Part shown: piece after piece, positions 37,674-47,710 of the stretch
Numbering within the stretch: the first letter of the stretch is position 1
Layout of the letters: every line of letters begins with the position of its first letter
DNA from: Candidatus Krumholzibacteriia bacterium
Lineage (GTDB): Bacteria > Krumholzibacteriota > Krumholzibacteriia > WVZY01
DNA: 64,000 nt
NCBI GenBank assembly: GCA_046754105.1
Contig: JBHHVD010000001.1
Span: 1-64,000, forward strand
Direction of reading: 5' to 3'
Notes under the pieces: model-generated
Told to the model about the DNA's origin: nothing
Seen by the model: only the letters and a program-made list of their open reading frames with translations
The model's database searches: none
Made by a program: the position numbers and the translations under genes

Positions 37674-37915
37674 GTAGAACCGGAACGTGCGGGAATAGCC
37701 GAGAAACCTCGCGCCCGATCGAGGATACGCGCAACCGTACGCGACACGAACGAACCGTCACCGCCACCGCGGGCAACCCCCGACCGCAACCGGCTCTCGC
37801 GACGCCGCTCCCATGCCCCGGCGCGTGTACGGCAATCTGCACGGTTTTGCATTTCGCGGCCCACCCGCGAACAAAAAGTGTTGAATATTCTCCAGTATTC
37901 CCGGAGTATTGCCGT

Positions 37916-38986
37916 ATGACGCTCTCGCTCAACCAACGCTACCGGATACTCACCGTGCTCGTGGTGTCGCTGGCGACGGTGGCGTTTCACTACGGTCTCA
38001 TCGTCAAGCCCACTCACGCCGAAAACGACCTGTTCCACGCCATTCATGGACGGCTCTGCTACATTCCGATTATTCTGGGCGCGATCTGGTACAGCGTGTG
38101 GGGCGGCCTGGCCACGGCGGCATTCATAATCGTGCTCACCCTGCCCTACAGCGTCGTCGGCGAGGGTGCCCACCACGGATCGCTGGCCGGCGAGCTGACG
38201 GAAATGGTCTTCTATGTCGCGATCGGGATGACCGCGGGCATCCTCATCGAGCTACAGAGGGGTGAACGCAAGCAGCGGGAGGCGCTCGCGCGCGAACTCG
38301 AGAAGCAGGCCCGCCTCTCGAGCCTCGGACAGATGGCCGCCGGGCTCGCACACGAGATCAAGAATCCGCTAGGCTCGATCCAGGGCTCGGCGGAGATCTT
38401 GAGTGACGACTTTCCGGAAAACTCGCCGAAGCACGACCTCCTGCAGGTGCTCTCCAAGGAAACCGGTCGTCTGAATCGGGTCGTGGAGGATTTCTTGAAT
38501 TTCGCGCGCCCTCGCCCCCTGGAACGGTCCCCGACCCAGATCAATTCCCTGCTGCAGGAAATGATTTCCCAGATCGAGATGGACAACCGCGCGCAAAACG
38601 TGCGAATCACTCGCGATCTCGACCAATCCATCGCGGCGGCACCCCTCGACGCCGAGCAGCTCCACCAGGTTTTCTTGAATATCGCGCTGAACGCGATCAA
38701 CGCGATGCCGAACGGAGGCAGCCTGCGGGTCGAGAGCCACCGTGAAACCATGGAGGGGAGATCGCATATCGTCGTTCGCTTCAGGGACAGCGGAATCGGC
38801 ATGGCGCAGGAGGACATCGACAAGATATTCGACCCGTTCTACACCAGGAGCGATCAGGGGACCGGGCTGGGCCTGTCCATTTCGCACACAATCGTTCAAA
38901 ACCACGGCGGACACATCCGCGCGGAGGAAAACGATGACCGGGGCACGACGATCACTATCATGCTGCCCGTCATCGAGGATCGGTAG
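37916..38986 (+). CDS. Membrane sensor histidine kinase (NtrB/ZraS-like)
   Basis: About four TM segments; LAHEIKNPL, NIALNA, DSGIG and GTGLGL motifs. Confidence 0.92.
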   Translation: MTLSLNQRYRILTVLVVSLATVAFHYGLIVKPTHAENDLFHAIHGRLCYIPIILGAIWYSVWGGLATAAFIIVLTLPYSVVGEGAHHGSLAGELTEMVFYVAIGMTAGILIELQRGERKQREALARELEKQARLSSLGQMAAGLAHEIKNPLGSIQGSAEILSDDFPENSPKHDLLQVLSKETGRLNRVVEDFLNFARPRPLERSPTQINSLLQEMISQIEMDNRAQNVRITRDLDQSIAAAPLDAEQLHQVFLNIALNAINAMPNGGSLRVESHRETMEGRSHIVVRFRDSGIGMAQEDIDKIFDPFYTRSDQGTGLGLSISHTIVQNHGGHIRAEENDDRGTTITIMLPVIEDR

Positions 38987-38989
38987 ACC

Positions 38990-40363
38990 ATGCAGCCGGC
39001 GAGAATATTCATCGTGGACGACGACGAGAGCAACCTCAAGGTGCTCGGTTATATTCTGGAACAAGCCGGGTACGAGGTGGCCCGCATGTCTTCGGCGGCC
39101 GCGGTGATCGCACAGGTCGAAAAGCAACGTCCCGACCTCGTGCTCAGCGATATCAAGATGCCCAAGATGGACGGGATGAGCCTGCTCAAGGAAATAAAAA
39201 AACGAGACGCCACGATTCCCGTGGTAATGCTGACGGCCTTTGGATCGGTGGACACCGCGGTCGAAGCCATGAAGGTGGGAGCCGCTGACTACCTCACCAA
39301 GCCGATCAGCCGGGACGAACTGACGCTGACCGTCGAGAGAATCCTGCGCATGCACCGGCTGGAGCAGGAGAACATGGCGCTCAAGGAATCCTTGAGGGAG
39401 AGGTTCCAGGTCGACAACATCGTCGGTTTGTCGTCGGCGATGCGCAAGGTGTTCGACGTCGTCGAGCAGGTCGCCGCTACCGACGCCACGGTGCTCGTCA
39501 CCGGGGAGAGCGGCACCGGCAAGGAGCTGATCGCGAAAGCCGTCCATTTCAATAGTCCCCGCAAGGAACACCGCCTGGTGACTATCAATTGCGCGGCGAT
39601 TCCTTCGGAGCTGCTGGAGAGCGAGTTGTTCGGACACGTCAAAGGCGCGTTCACCGGGGCCGTACGTACGAAGCAGGGCAAGTTTCAACTGGCCGACGGG
39701 GGCTCACTGTTCCTCGACGAGATAGGGTCGTTGTCACTGCCGCTGCAGGCCAAGCTGCTGAGGGCACTGCAGGAGAAGGAGGTGGAACGAGTCGGTGACG
39801 AACGGCCGGCGACCGTGGACGTTCGAGTTATCGCGGCGACCAACCGCCCGCTTCCGGAGTTGATCGGCTCGGGAGAGTTCCGCGAGGACCTCTACTACCG
39901 GCTGAACGTCGTGAGGATCGAGGTGCCGCCGCTGCGGGATCGCGCGTCCGACATCCGGTTGCTGGTGGGTCATTTCACGAAAAAATACGCCGCCGAACGC
40001 GACGTGGCCTTCACCGACGGGGCCGTGCGGGTGCTCGAGCACTACGACTGGCCGGGCAACGTGCGCGAGTTGGAGAACTTTTGTGAGCGCACGATCCTGA
40101 TGAGCAAGGAAAACGAGATTCGGGAAAGCACGGTCAGGGAACACATCGGCGCCATGTCACGAGAGCAGGACGCAATGTCGCCGGTGCCAGCTGCGACGCA
40201 GGCCGGCAGCGTGAGCCTGCCCGAAATGGAACGTCAGGCCGTGCTGGACGCGCTCGTCAGTTGTGACTGGAATCAATCCCGCGCCGCCCGCATGTTGGGA
40301 GTGCCGCGTCACGTCCTGATTTACCGAGTGAAGAAATTCGGTATCCACCGGGGCGATCGCTGA
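38990..40363 (+). CDS. sigma54-dependent response regulator (NtrC/ZraR/AtoC family)
   Basis: REC domain; GESGTGKE, ESELFGHVKGAFTGA, LFLDEIG, FREDLYYRL, WPGNVREL; C-terminal Fis-type HTH. Confidence 0.95.
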   Translation: MQPARIFIVDDDESNLKVLGYILEQAGYEVARMSSAAAVIAQVEKQRPDLVLSDIKMPKMDGMSLLKEIKKRDATIPVVMLTAFGSVDTAVEAMKVGAADYLTKPISRDELTLTVERILRMHRLEQENMALKESLRERFQVDNIVGLSSAMRKVFDVVEQVAATDATVLVTGESGTGKELIAKAVHFNSPRKEHRLVTINCAAIPSELLESELFGHVKGAFTGAVRTKQGKFQLADGGSLFLDEIGSLSLPLQAKLLRALQEKEVERVGDERPATVDVRVIAATNRPLPELIGSGEFREDLYYRLNVVRIEVPPLRDRASDIRLLVGHFTKKYAAERDVAFTDGAVRVLEHYDWPGNVRELENFCERTILMSKENEIRESTVREHIGAMSREQDAMSPVPAATQAGSVSLPEMERQAVLDALVSCDWNQSRAARMLGVPRHVLIYRVKKFGIHRGDR

Positions 40364-40378
40364 GCTGCGGAGCACAAA

Positions 40379-41713
40379 TCACTTTGCGCCGGACACCGGC
40401 AACTCCCTGCGGTCCATACCACCCGCCTCCCCGCGGCGCACGAGTATGTATTTTAACGCGATCGGGCCGATCAGCTGATTCAGCGCGACAATTGCGAGGA
40501 TGATCGTCTTCAGATCCGCTCCCCATGGAAGCCTCCGTTCGAAAACCGTCGCGATGCCGATGGCAACTCCGGCCTGCGACAGGAACCCCATCCACAAGCT
40601 GCCCGCGTACGGTCGAACCGCCCCCACGACGGCCCCGGCGAATAGTGACCCCGCGTGGAACGCCGCGGCGCGCATCAGCACCAGAATGATCGCCAGCAGC
40701 CACATCTCACGCAGGGCGCCGAGGTTGATGGAGGCACCCGAAATGGCGAAGAAGATGACGTAGACCGGTAGCGCGCTCCTTTCGAGCGCTTGAATCATGC
40801 GTTCGCCCATCACGGTGAAGTTCTGAACGATGAACCCGGCGATCATGAACGCCAGCAACGGCTCGAGATGATAATGGCGGCATACGATGCTGCCGACAAA
40901 ACCCGCCCCGAGCAGGAAGATCGGCAGCTGCCCCCTCACCCAGCGGATGTAGGCGGCCAGCGCCGAGCCAAAGACGATGCCGACACCGATCGAACCGAAC
41001 AGCTCGAACAGCAAATCCTTTGCGAACAAGAGCGAGAATCCGGCCCCAGGCACCGTCAGCGCCCTCACCGTGGGCACAACCAGCGCGGTGAGCACCAGCA
41101 CGACGATGTCGAGTATCACCGTGATGCCGATGACCATATCCGTGTATGGGCCCCGCGAACGAGTTTCCGTCACCACACCGATCGTCGTCGCCGGGGAACG
41201 AGCCGCCGTCACCACACCCAGGGCCAGCGCGGCCGCCACCAAGGCGCCGGTACCGCCGCCCGAGAGAAAGGCGATATGATCTCTGGCCGCTACGACGACG
41301 AGCAGCGCCCCCGCGAAGGAGAAAAACACCTGCCCGCCGATCACGCCGAGCAGGGACGCCTTGCCCCTCCGCAGAAAGCTCATCCTCATCTCGCCACCCG
41401 CTATGAGCGCAATGATGGCAAGCGCAACGTCGTCGAAGACCTGCAGGCGCGCGACCACTACACCCGAGAGGATGTTCATGATGTACGGCCCGCAGACAAC
41501 TCCCGCCAGTATGTAGCCCGATATCTCCGGCAGCTGCACGCCCCGCAATACCCTGGCGACGAAGAAAGCGAAAATGAGAATGAATCCCAGGCAGAAAGTG
41601 GCCTCTTCGCCGGTAACCCCGCGTCCTGCGATCGGCGTCAACACGACGACCGCCGCCAGCGCGGCGAGAACCGCGATCGGCAAGACCCTGCCCGAGCTGA
41701 TTAGTGGTTGCAT
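40379..41713 (-). CDS. Cation:proton antiporter family membrane protein
   Basis: LPEISGYILAGVVCGP, ARSPA, FFAISGA, SQAGVAIG and NQLIGP motifs; about 12-13 TM segments. Confidence 0.85.
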   Translation of the reverse strand: MQPLISSGRVLPIAVLAALAAVVVLTPIAGRGVTGEEATFCLGFILIFAFFVARVLRGVQLPEISGYILAGVVCGPYIMNILSGVVVARLQVFDDVALAIIALIAGGEMRMSFLRRGKASLLGVIGGQVFFSFAGALLVVVAARDHIAFLSGGGTGALVAAALALGVVTAARSPATTIGVVTETRSRGPYTDMVIGITVILDIVVLVLTALVVPTVRALTVPGAGFSLLFAKDLLFELFGSIGVGIVFGSALAAYIRWVRGQLPIFLLGAGFVGSIVCRHYHLEPLLAFMIAGFIVQNFTVMGERMIQALERSALPVYVIFFAISGASINLGALREMWLLAIILVLMRAAAFHAGSLFAGAVVGAVRPYAGSLWMGFLSQAGVAIGIATVFERRLPWGADLKTIILAIVALNQLIGPIALKYILVRRGEAGGMDRRELPVSGAK

Positions 41714-41717
41714 GTCG

Positions 41718-42956
41718 CTACCGGGTCTTTGCTTCCATCGCCCTGCGACGGGCCGTCACGTCGCCACTCGCGCGAAACGACCGCCTAGTGAGGTATACCC
41801 CGATAAACTCGTTGAGCACCGTCCCGAACGCGATCACCGCCACAGCCGTCTCGACCATGCGACCCTCCGTGCCCAGGCCGTAATCGAGCGCAACGGCGAG
41901 AGCCATTGCTCCCTGTGCGCTCAGCGCCAGCCCCGAACGCGCTTTCATGCGCGCGAACTCCGGGAATTCCGCAGATATCGCCCAGCTCGACACCGTGACT
42001 TTCAACGCCAGCCGCATGAGCACGTAGAGGGCGAGGAGCAGGACGAGCCGGGTGGAAAACGTCACCATGCCCCCGATCACGATCAGGAAGACGATGTAGA
42101 GCGTCTTTTCCATCGTCAGCAACTGTTCGAACATGCGGACTCTGCGTCGAGAAAAGTTGCCCGCGACGATACCCATGATCATCGCCGTATACAAAGCGGA
42201 CAAGCTGAGAAAATAGCAGATGCCGCCGACGAAGATGACCGTCCCCATGATGACGAGCATCCTCTCGTCCCTCGTCACCCGTTGCATGGTGAGCAGGACC
42301 AGGATGAATCCCATCACCACTCCCACCGCATTCGCGAATACCCACCACAGAAAACCGGACAGGTACCCTTCCGTCACGAAAAAGCCCGGGTGTACGATCG
42401 TAAAGAAGAGGCCGAAGCCAAAGAGCGGTATCACGGCACTCAGCGAGGTGGTCATCTTGACGGTGCTCGTGAATCTTCCCCGCGAAGGCAACATGTGCGA
42501 CAGGGCGGTGACGATCGTGGGCGAACTGATCGCGGCCGTAATGGCAAGCACCGCCGCGCTGGAGAGAATTTCCGCCTTCGTCACATCCGGGAAGAGCACG
42601 TTCAACCGAAGAAAGAACACGATCGCGCACACGGCGCTGATAACGAGACCATCTACAAGCAAGATCCGGAACGTGCTCTTCGGCACCCGTCGAATCTGAC
42701 GCCAATTGAGCTGCATTCCAAAGAGAAGCCCCGCCCACCCCAGCGCGAGATAGACGAGGGGGGTCAGGTCGTCGAGAACCCGGTGGGAGATCAGGTTGAG
42801 AAACCGCGGACCCAGGAGGATACCGAGAAAAAAATACTCTACGCCGGTGAGGAACAGTATCTTGATGGACAGCCGCGGCCTGGTCCTCGTCAGTAGTCCT
42901 TGAGAGGCGACGAACCCAATGACCACACAGAGGGCGAGTGCCAGGATTGTCTTCAT
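41718..42956 (-). CDS. Cation:proton antiporter family membrane protein (second, divergent copy)
   Basis: YFFLGILLGP, AAISSP, SAQGAMALA and LNEFIG motifs; multiple TM segments. Confidence 0.78.
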   Translation of the reverse strand: MKTILALALCVVIGFVASQGLLTRTRPRLSIKILFLTGVEYFFLGILLGPRFLNLISHRVLDDLTPLVYLALGWAGLLFGMQLNWRQIRRVPKSTFRILLVDGLVISAVCAIVFFLRLNVLFPDVTKAEILSSAAVLAITAAISSPTIVTALSHMLPSRGRFTSTVKMTTSLSAVIPLFGFGLFFTIVHPGFFVTEGYLSGFLWWVFANAVGVVMGFILVLLTMQRVTRDERMLVIMGTVIFVGGICYFLSLSALYTAMIMGIVAGNFSRRRVRMFEQLLTMEKTLYIVFLIVIGGMVTFSTRLVLLLALYVLMRLALKVTVSSWAISAEFPEFARMKARSGLALSAQGAMALAVALDYGLGTEGRMVETAVAVIAFGTVLNEFIGVYLTRRSFRASGDVTARRRAMEAKTR

Positions 42957-42998
42957 GAAGCGACCATAGCAGCAACGCCCGCGTTCCGCACGGCCCGT

Positions 42999-43340
42999 TT
43001 ACTCCAGTTCGGGCATGAGACCGCGAACCTCATCCAGCTTTACGGTGAAGGCGATGCCCACGCCCGGCGCGCCCAGCGTGCCGCAAATCTCCTCGATCAT
43101 GTCCAGCGATTCCTTGACCTTTTCCGGCTCTTTTATCACGGAGAGAATCGTCTTGTTGTACGCGCTCGCCGCACTGAACAACGCCTGGAAGCCGGCGAAA
43201 ATAGGCACTTCGCTGGCAAGCAGATGACCCATGCCCAGGCTGTCGATAATCGTCGAACCCGTTATACCGACTTCGAGATAGCCTTCGAGAACCTCTTCGA
43301 GCTTTTCGGGATTGTTGCATATGAAGACGAGAAGGGTCAT
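42999..43340 (-). CDS. P-II-like (GlnB fold) signal transduction protein
   Basis: GITGSTIIDSLGMG and PGVGIAFTVKLDEVRG match the P-II superfamily pattern; 113 aa. Confidence 0.75.
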   Translation of the reverse strand: MTLLVFICNNPEKLEEVLEGYLEVGITGSTIIDSLGMGHLLASEVPIFAGFQALFSAASAYNKTILSVIKEPEKVKESLDMIEEICGTLGAPGVGIAFTVKLDEVRGLMPELE

Positions 43341-43519
43341 AAGGCAATGCCGTTTACAGCGTTAGGCCCCGACGATAGCTACCGGCGTGGCAGAAGTCAA
43401 GGCAAATGGACCCACGGTCGGCACCGGCGTGGAGATCGGCGCCGCGCGTACGGGAAACTCTAGAAGGCGCCTCTTTTTCGTGCTATTTTAGTTTTTCTCG
43501 AATCAGCGAAAGGAAGAGA

Positions 43520-46444
43520 ATGAAACGCGTTATTCCGTTGATCCTGTGCGCGTCGCTTCTGTGGCCGGTGCGCGTCGCGTCGCAAGATTATTTTCAACAG
43601 TTTGTCCATTATACGATCAAGGTGCGCCTGGACACGCAGAACCACACGCTGACGGGGACGGAGTCCATCAACTACGTCAATAACTCGCCCGATACGCTCC
43701 GCCAGTTCTATCTTCATTTGTATCCCAACGCCTATCGCTCCAAAGAATCCGCGCTCATCAAGGACGTACGGCGCGGATTCAACGGCACCCTGTTCGACCT
43801 GCCCAATAAGCATCGGAGCCATCTCGGCGTCTCCGAAGTCACCATCGGCGGGCAACCCGTTGAGGTGGAAGTCGACGACACGATCGCCCGCATGGACCTG
43901 CCCGTCCCCCTTGCACCCGGACAGTCGATGGAAGTACGCCTTCGCTTTGAGGAGAAGATCCGGCGCCACGTGGGGCGCGCGGGATACAAGGGTAAGCACT
44001 ATGATCTCGCACAGTGGTACCCCAAGGTCGTCGTCTACGACCAGAACGGTTTTCACCCGGACAAGTTCCGCGTGGGTGAATTTTACGGCGAGTTCGGCAC
44101 TTTCGACGTCCACATCGAGGTACCGGCAAACTACGTGATCGCGGCAACGGGCGTCGTCCGGGCCGGTGACCCCGGCTGGTCACTCAATCCCCCGGCCGGC
44201 GGGCGCGGCGCGGCGGGCGCAAACGACGCCGATCCTGCAACCAAGACCGTCCATTTTCATGCAGAGGACGTGCACGACTTCGCCTGGAGTGCGGATCCGG
44301 ACTTCGTCGTTCAGGACACGACCGTCGGCGATGTCGAAATCCGCAGCTTCTATCGCAAACACAACAAGGCCTGGCGTGACAGCACGCTGGCACACGGCGT
44401 GAGGGCGATCGAATGGCTGTCGGAAAAGGTCGGGCTCTATCCCTACCCGCAGGTGAGCGTTGTCGACGCGCTGCTGCGGGGCGGCATGGAGTACCCCATG
44501 CTCGTGATGAACGGGAGGGTCAGCGAAGGGCTCGTCCTGCACGAGGTCGGGCATATCTATTTCTTCGGTATCTTCGGCAACGACGAGCGAGAGGAAGCGT
44601 GGCTCGACGAAGGATTCACGACGTTTCAGACCAGTTGGTACATGCAAGATCGTTACGGCCCCTACGGACCGACGCGTGAATGGAACTGGTACGATCGCCT
44701 CACGCCCCAGTTTACCGAACGGGGCCGGCTGCACGATCGCGTCTTTCCGCTTCTCAGATTGGGCTACGGCGAACGTGTGTCAACGCGCGCGGAGGATTTC
44801 GAGCACGACTATTACACGATGGTCTATCGCAAGGCCGCGTTGATGTTTTTTGCGCTGCGCTACGTGGTCGGCGAGGAGACAATGGAGCGCATTCTCAAGA
44901 AGTACTTCGAGGAATGGAAGCTGAAGCACGTCAACGAGGAAAGATTTCGCAAGGTGTGCGAGGAGGTAAGCGGGCAGGATCTCGGGTGGTTTTTCGAAGA
45001 GTGGCTGCACACGAAGAAACTGTGCGACTACCGGCTGGCGGAAATGAAGTCGAGCGCCAGCGAGCGCGGCGACTCCTATACGACCCGCGTCAAGATCGAG
45101 AGGCTTGGAGAGATCATTATGCCGCTGGCGGTGGAGTTTACCTTCGCAGACGGCTCCACACAGACGGTGAGCGTTGACGGACGGCCCCGGACCATCAACA
45201 AGTCGTATAGTTTTCCGGAGAAAGCCGTCCGGGCGGCGATCAACCCCGCCAACGAAATAGCGGACATGAGCCCGTGGGACAACTTTGTGCCGCGGCGTCG
45301 GGCGCTGAGCGTCGACTGGCCGAACAACCATTACTACCGGGAGGATGCTTACCAGATCCGCTATCGCCCCGCGGGCTGGTACAACGACATCGACGGGGGC
45401 AAGGCGGGCCTGCACCTGAGCGGCAGTTACGCGAACTGGTTCCGGCGGCTGAAGCTCGGGCTCTACTGGGGATTCAAGAGCGAGCGGCTCGATTTCTCGG
45501 CATCTTACCTGAAGCCGGTTCGGATCCTGGGCGCAAACGGCGGGCTCGGGTTGTCCGGATACAAGATGGAGGGGCGTAACGATTTCACGTTCCGCATGAA
45601 CCTGAGGAAACGAAAGCAGCTGATCCACCCACCCACGAAGGAGTTCGTGTTCGGGGTGAATTATCACGAGCTCACCAACACGCGATTCGTTTCCAACCCG
45701 GAAACCTACGAGAAGGGATCCGAGGTCGCCCCGTTTTTTGGACTCTCACTGGACCCGCAGTACGACGTGATGAGCACGAAATTCAACGTGGGGGTCAGAT
45801 TCGGGCGGGAATGGTTCGGCGGCGATTTCAAGTACACTGCGCTGACCGCCTCCGCGGTGTTCAAGACCCGGACGTCGATCGTGCCGTTCGACGGCCGGCT
45901 GCGGTTGTTCGCCGGCAGCGTCAGCGGCAGCGTGCCGTTCCAGGAGAAACTTTCCCTGGCAGGGGGCGGCCCCCTGGCCGAGGAAAGGCGGTTTTTCCTG
46001 CGCAGCCCGGGCGCTATCTGGGACGAAGCGAACTATCACGAGCCGGGCCACGGCAACCTCCGGGGCTACCGCGAGGGCACATTCGGAGTCAACAAGCTGG
46101 TGGCGCTGAACCTCGAGGTGGGACGCTCGCTTCCCCTTCTATCCGGCGCGGCCGACAAGCTGCTCGGCGCCGTCAAAGCGTACGCGTTTCTGGACATGGG
46201 CGCCACGGCGGACAGCGACAACCCTATCCTCAGCAGCCAGCGCGTGCAGGTGCTGGTGGACGGCGGCCTCCTGGACGAAGCGCTGGTGGACGCCGGGATC
46301 GGCTTTACTTTCCACAGAGTTTTTCCGTTTTACGACGCTTTTGTGCGCTTCGACATTCCCTTTTACGTGAACAACCCGCAGCTCAACGGCGAGAGCAAAG
46401 AGACCGAGTACCGGTACGTGCTGAGTCTGACATCGACGTTCTGA
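43520..46444 (+). CDS. M1-family zinc aminopeptidase fused to a C-terminal Omp85-like beta-barrel
   Basis: Signal peptide; GGMEYP, HEVGH...WLDEG and VYRKA; C-terminal amphipathic strands with NLRGY, terminal Phe. Confidence 0.82.
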   Translation: MKRVIPLILCASLLWPVRVASQDYFQQFVHYTIKVRLDTQNHTLTGTESINYVNNSPDTLRQFYLHLYPNAYRSKESALIKDVRRGFNGTLFDLPNKHRSHLGVSEVTIGGQPVEVEVDDTIARMDLPVPLAPGQSMEVRLRFEEKIRRHVGRAGYKGKHYDLAQWYPKVVVYDQNGFHPDKFRVGEFYGEFGTFDVHIEVPANYVIAATGVVRAGDPGWSLNPPAGGRGAAGANDADPATKTVHFHAEDVHDFAWSADPDFVVQDTTVGDVEIRSFYRKHNKAWRDSTLAHGVRAIEWLSEKVGLYPYPQVSVVDALLRGGMEYPMLVMNGRVSEGLVLHEVGHIYFFGIFGNDEREEAWLDEGFTTFQTSWYMQDRYGPYGPTREWNWYDRLTPQFTERGRLHDRVFPLLRLGYGERVSTRAEDFEHDYYTMVYRKAALMFFALRYVVGEETMERILKKYFEEWKLKHVNEERFRKVCEEVSGQDLGWFFEEWLHTKKLCDYRLAEMKSSASERGDSYTTRVKIERLGEIIMPLAVEFTFADGSTQTVSVDGRPRTINKSYSFPEKAVRAAINPANEIADMSPWDNFVPRRRALSVDWPNNHYYREDAYQIRYRPAGWYNDIDGGKAGLHLSGSYANWFRRLKLGLYWGFKSERLDFSASYLKPVRILGANGGLGLSGYKMEGRNDFTFRMNLRKRKQLIHPPTKEFVFGVNYHELTNTRFVSNPETYEKGSEVAPFFGLSLDPQYDVMSTKFNVGVRFGREWFGGDFKYTALTASAVFKTRTSIVPFDGRLRLFAGSVSGSVPFQEKLSLAGGGPLAEERRFFLRSPGAIWDEANYHEPGHGNLRGYREGTFGVNKLVALNLEVGRSLPLLSGAADKLLGAVKAYAFLDMGATADSDNPILSSQRVQVLVDGGLLDEALVDAGIGFTFHRVFPFYDAFVRFDIPFYVNNPQLNGESKETEYRYVLSLTSTF

Positions 46445-46448
46445 GCAC

Positions 46449-47549
46449 CTACGCGAGGATTTCCTTGACCGAGGACGTCACGGCGTCAACCATCTCGTCG
46501 GTTAACTCGGGATACATCGGCAGTGAGAGGATTTCATCGGAGGCTTGTTCCGCCACCGGAAAGTCGCCGCGCTCGAGTCCGAGGTGTTTGTAGGCCTCCT
46601 GAAGGTGGAGCGGCAACGGGTAGTGAATCCCGCACGCGATGTGCCGCACTTCCAGTTGCGTCAACAGTTTTTCCCTCTCCGGGGTCCGAACCACGTACAA
46701 ATGGTAGACGTGACGGCAGTCCGGCGCTTCCCGTACCGGGCGGACCGGACCCTCGGCAAACGCTTCGTCGTACCGCTTCGCGCGGCTCCGCCGCAACTCG
46801 GTCCATTCGTCGAGGTGCCGCAGCTTGACGTCGAGGATTGCCGCCTGCAACGTGTCGAGACGATAGTTGAACCCTTCGCTGCGGTGGTTGTACTTGCCGT
46901 CGCGGCCGTGGTCGATGAGCATTCTCACGCGCGCCGCGAGCGTCTCGTCATCGGTTACCACCATACCGGCGTCACCGTAGGCCCCAAGATTCTTGCCCGG
47001 ATAGAAGCTGTAGCACGAAACCTTGCCGTGGATCCCCCGGCGGCTTCCCTTGAATTCCGCGCCGTGTGCCTGGGCCGCGTCCGAGACAATCGTGATTCCG
47101 TGCCGGTCGGCAACGGCGTGCAGCGCCTCCATGTCCGCGCTCTGCCCGTAGAGATGAACGGGAATAATGGCCCGGGTGCGCGGCGTGATCGCCTCCTCCA
47201 CTTTTTGCGGATCGATGTTCAGCGTGTCCGGCAGGACGTCGACCAGCACCGGCGCAGCCCCACTGTGACTAATGGCGGCTGTTGTCGCGATAAACGTGTT
47301 GCAGGCCGTAATCACCTCGTCTCCGCGCCCGATGCCGAGCGCCTCCAGCGCTACGTGCAGCGCGGTCGTGCCGCTGCTCGTCCCTACCCCGAAGCCCGCT
47401 CCCACGTAGTGCGCGAAAGCGCTCTCGAACTCCTGGAGTTTCTCGCCGCCAACGAACCGCGTCGTTTCGAGGATCCTGCCTATCGCGGGGTCAATCTCGC
47501 CCCGGATGCTCTCGTACTGTGCCTTCAAGTCGACAAAGGGAATCTTCAT
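46449..47549 (-). CDS. DegT/DnrJ/EryC1/StrS PLP-dependent sugar aminotransferase
   Basis: SGTTAL, PVHLYGQ, DAAQAHG, SFYPGKNLGAYGDAG and SLPMYP motifs. Confidence 0.95.
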   Translation of the reverse strand: MKIPFVDLKAQYESIRGEIDPAIGRILETTRFVGGEKLQEFESAFAHYVGAGFGVGTSSGTTALHVALEALGIGRGDEVITACNTFIATTAAISHSGAAPVLVDVLPDTLNIDPQKVEEAITPRTRAIIPVHLYGQSADMEALHAVADRHGITIVSDAAQAHGAEFKGSRRGIHGKVSCYSFYPGKNLGAYGDAGMVVTDDETLAARVRMLIDHGRDGKYNHRSEGFNYRLDTLQAAILDVKLRHLDEWTELRRSRAKRYDEAFAEGPVRPVREAPDCRHVYHLYVVRTPEREKLLTQLEVRHIACGIHYPLPLHLQEAYKHLGLERGDFPVAEQASDEILSLPMYPELTDEMVDAVTSSVKEILA

Positions 47550-47710
47550 ATGTGGAATTAGCCTCTCGATGGGTCTGCGGGTCGCCGATATCGCCTGATA
47601 ATCCTACCATATCGAGTACCTGCGGGCAACACGCTCGCGCGTGGCGGCGGCGGTGGATTCAATTGACATGCCCGGCATCGGGCCGATACACTTTCAGTAA
47701 AGGGAGTTGA

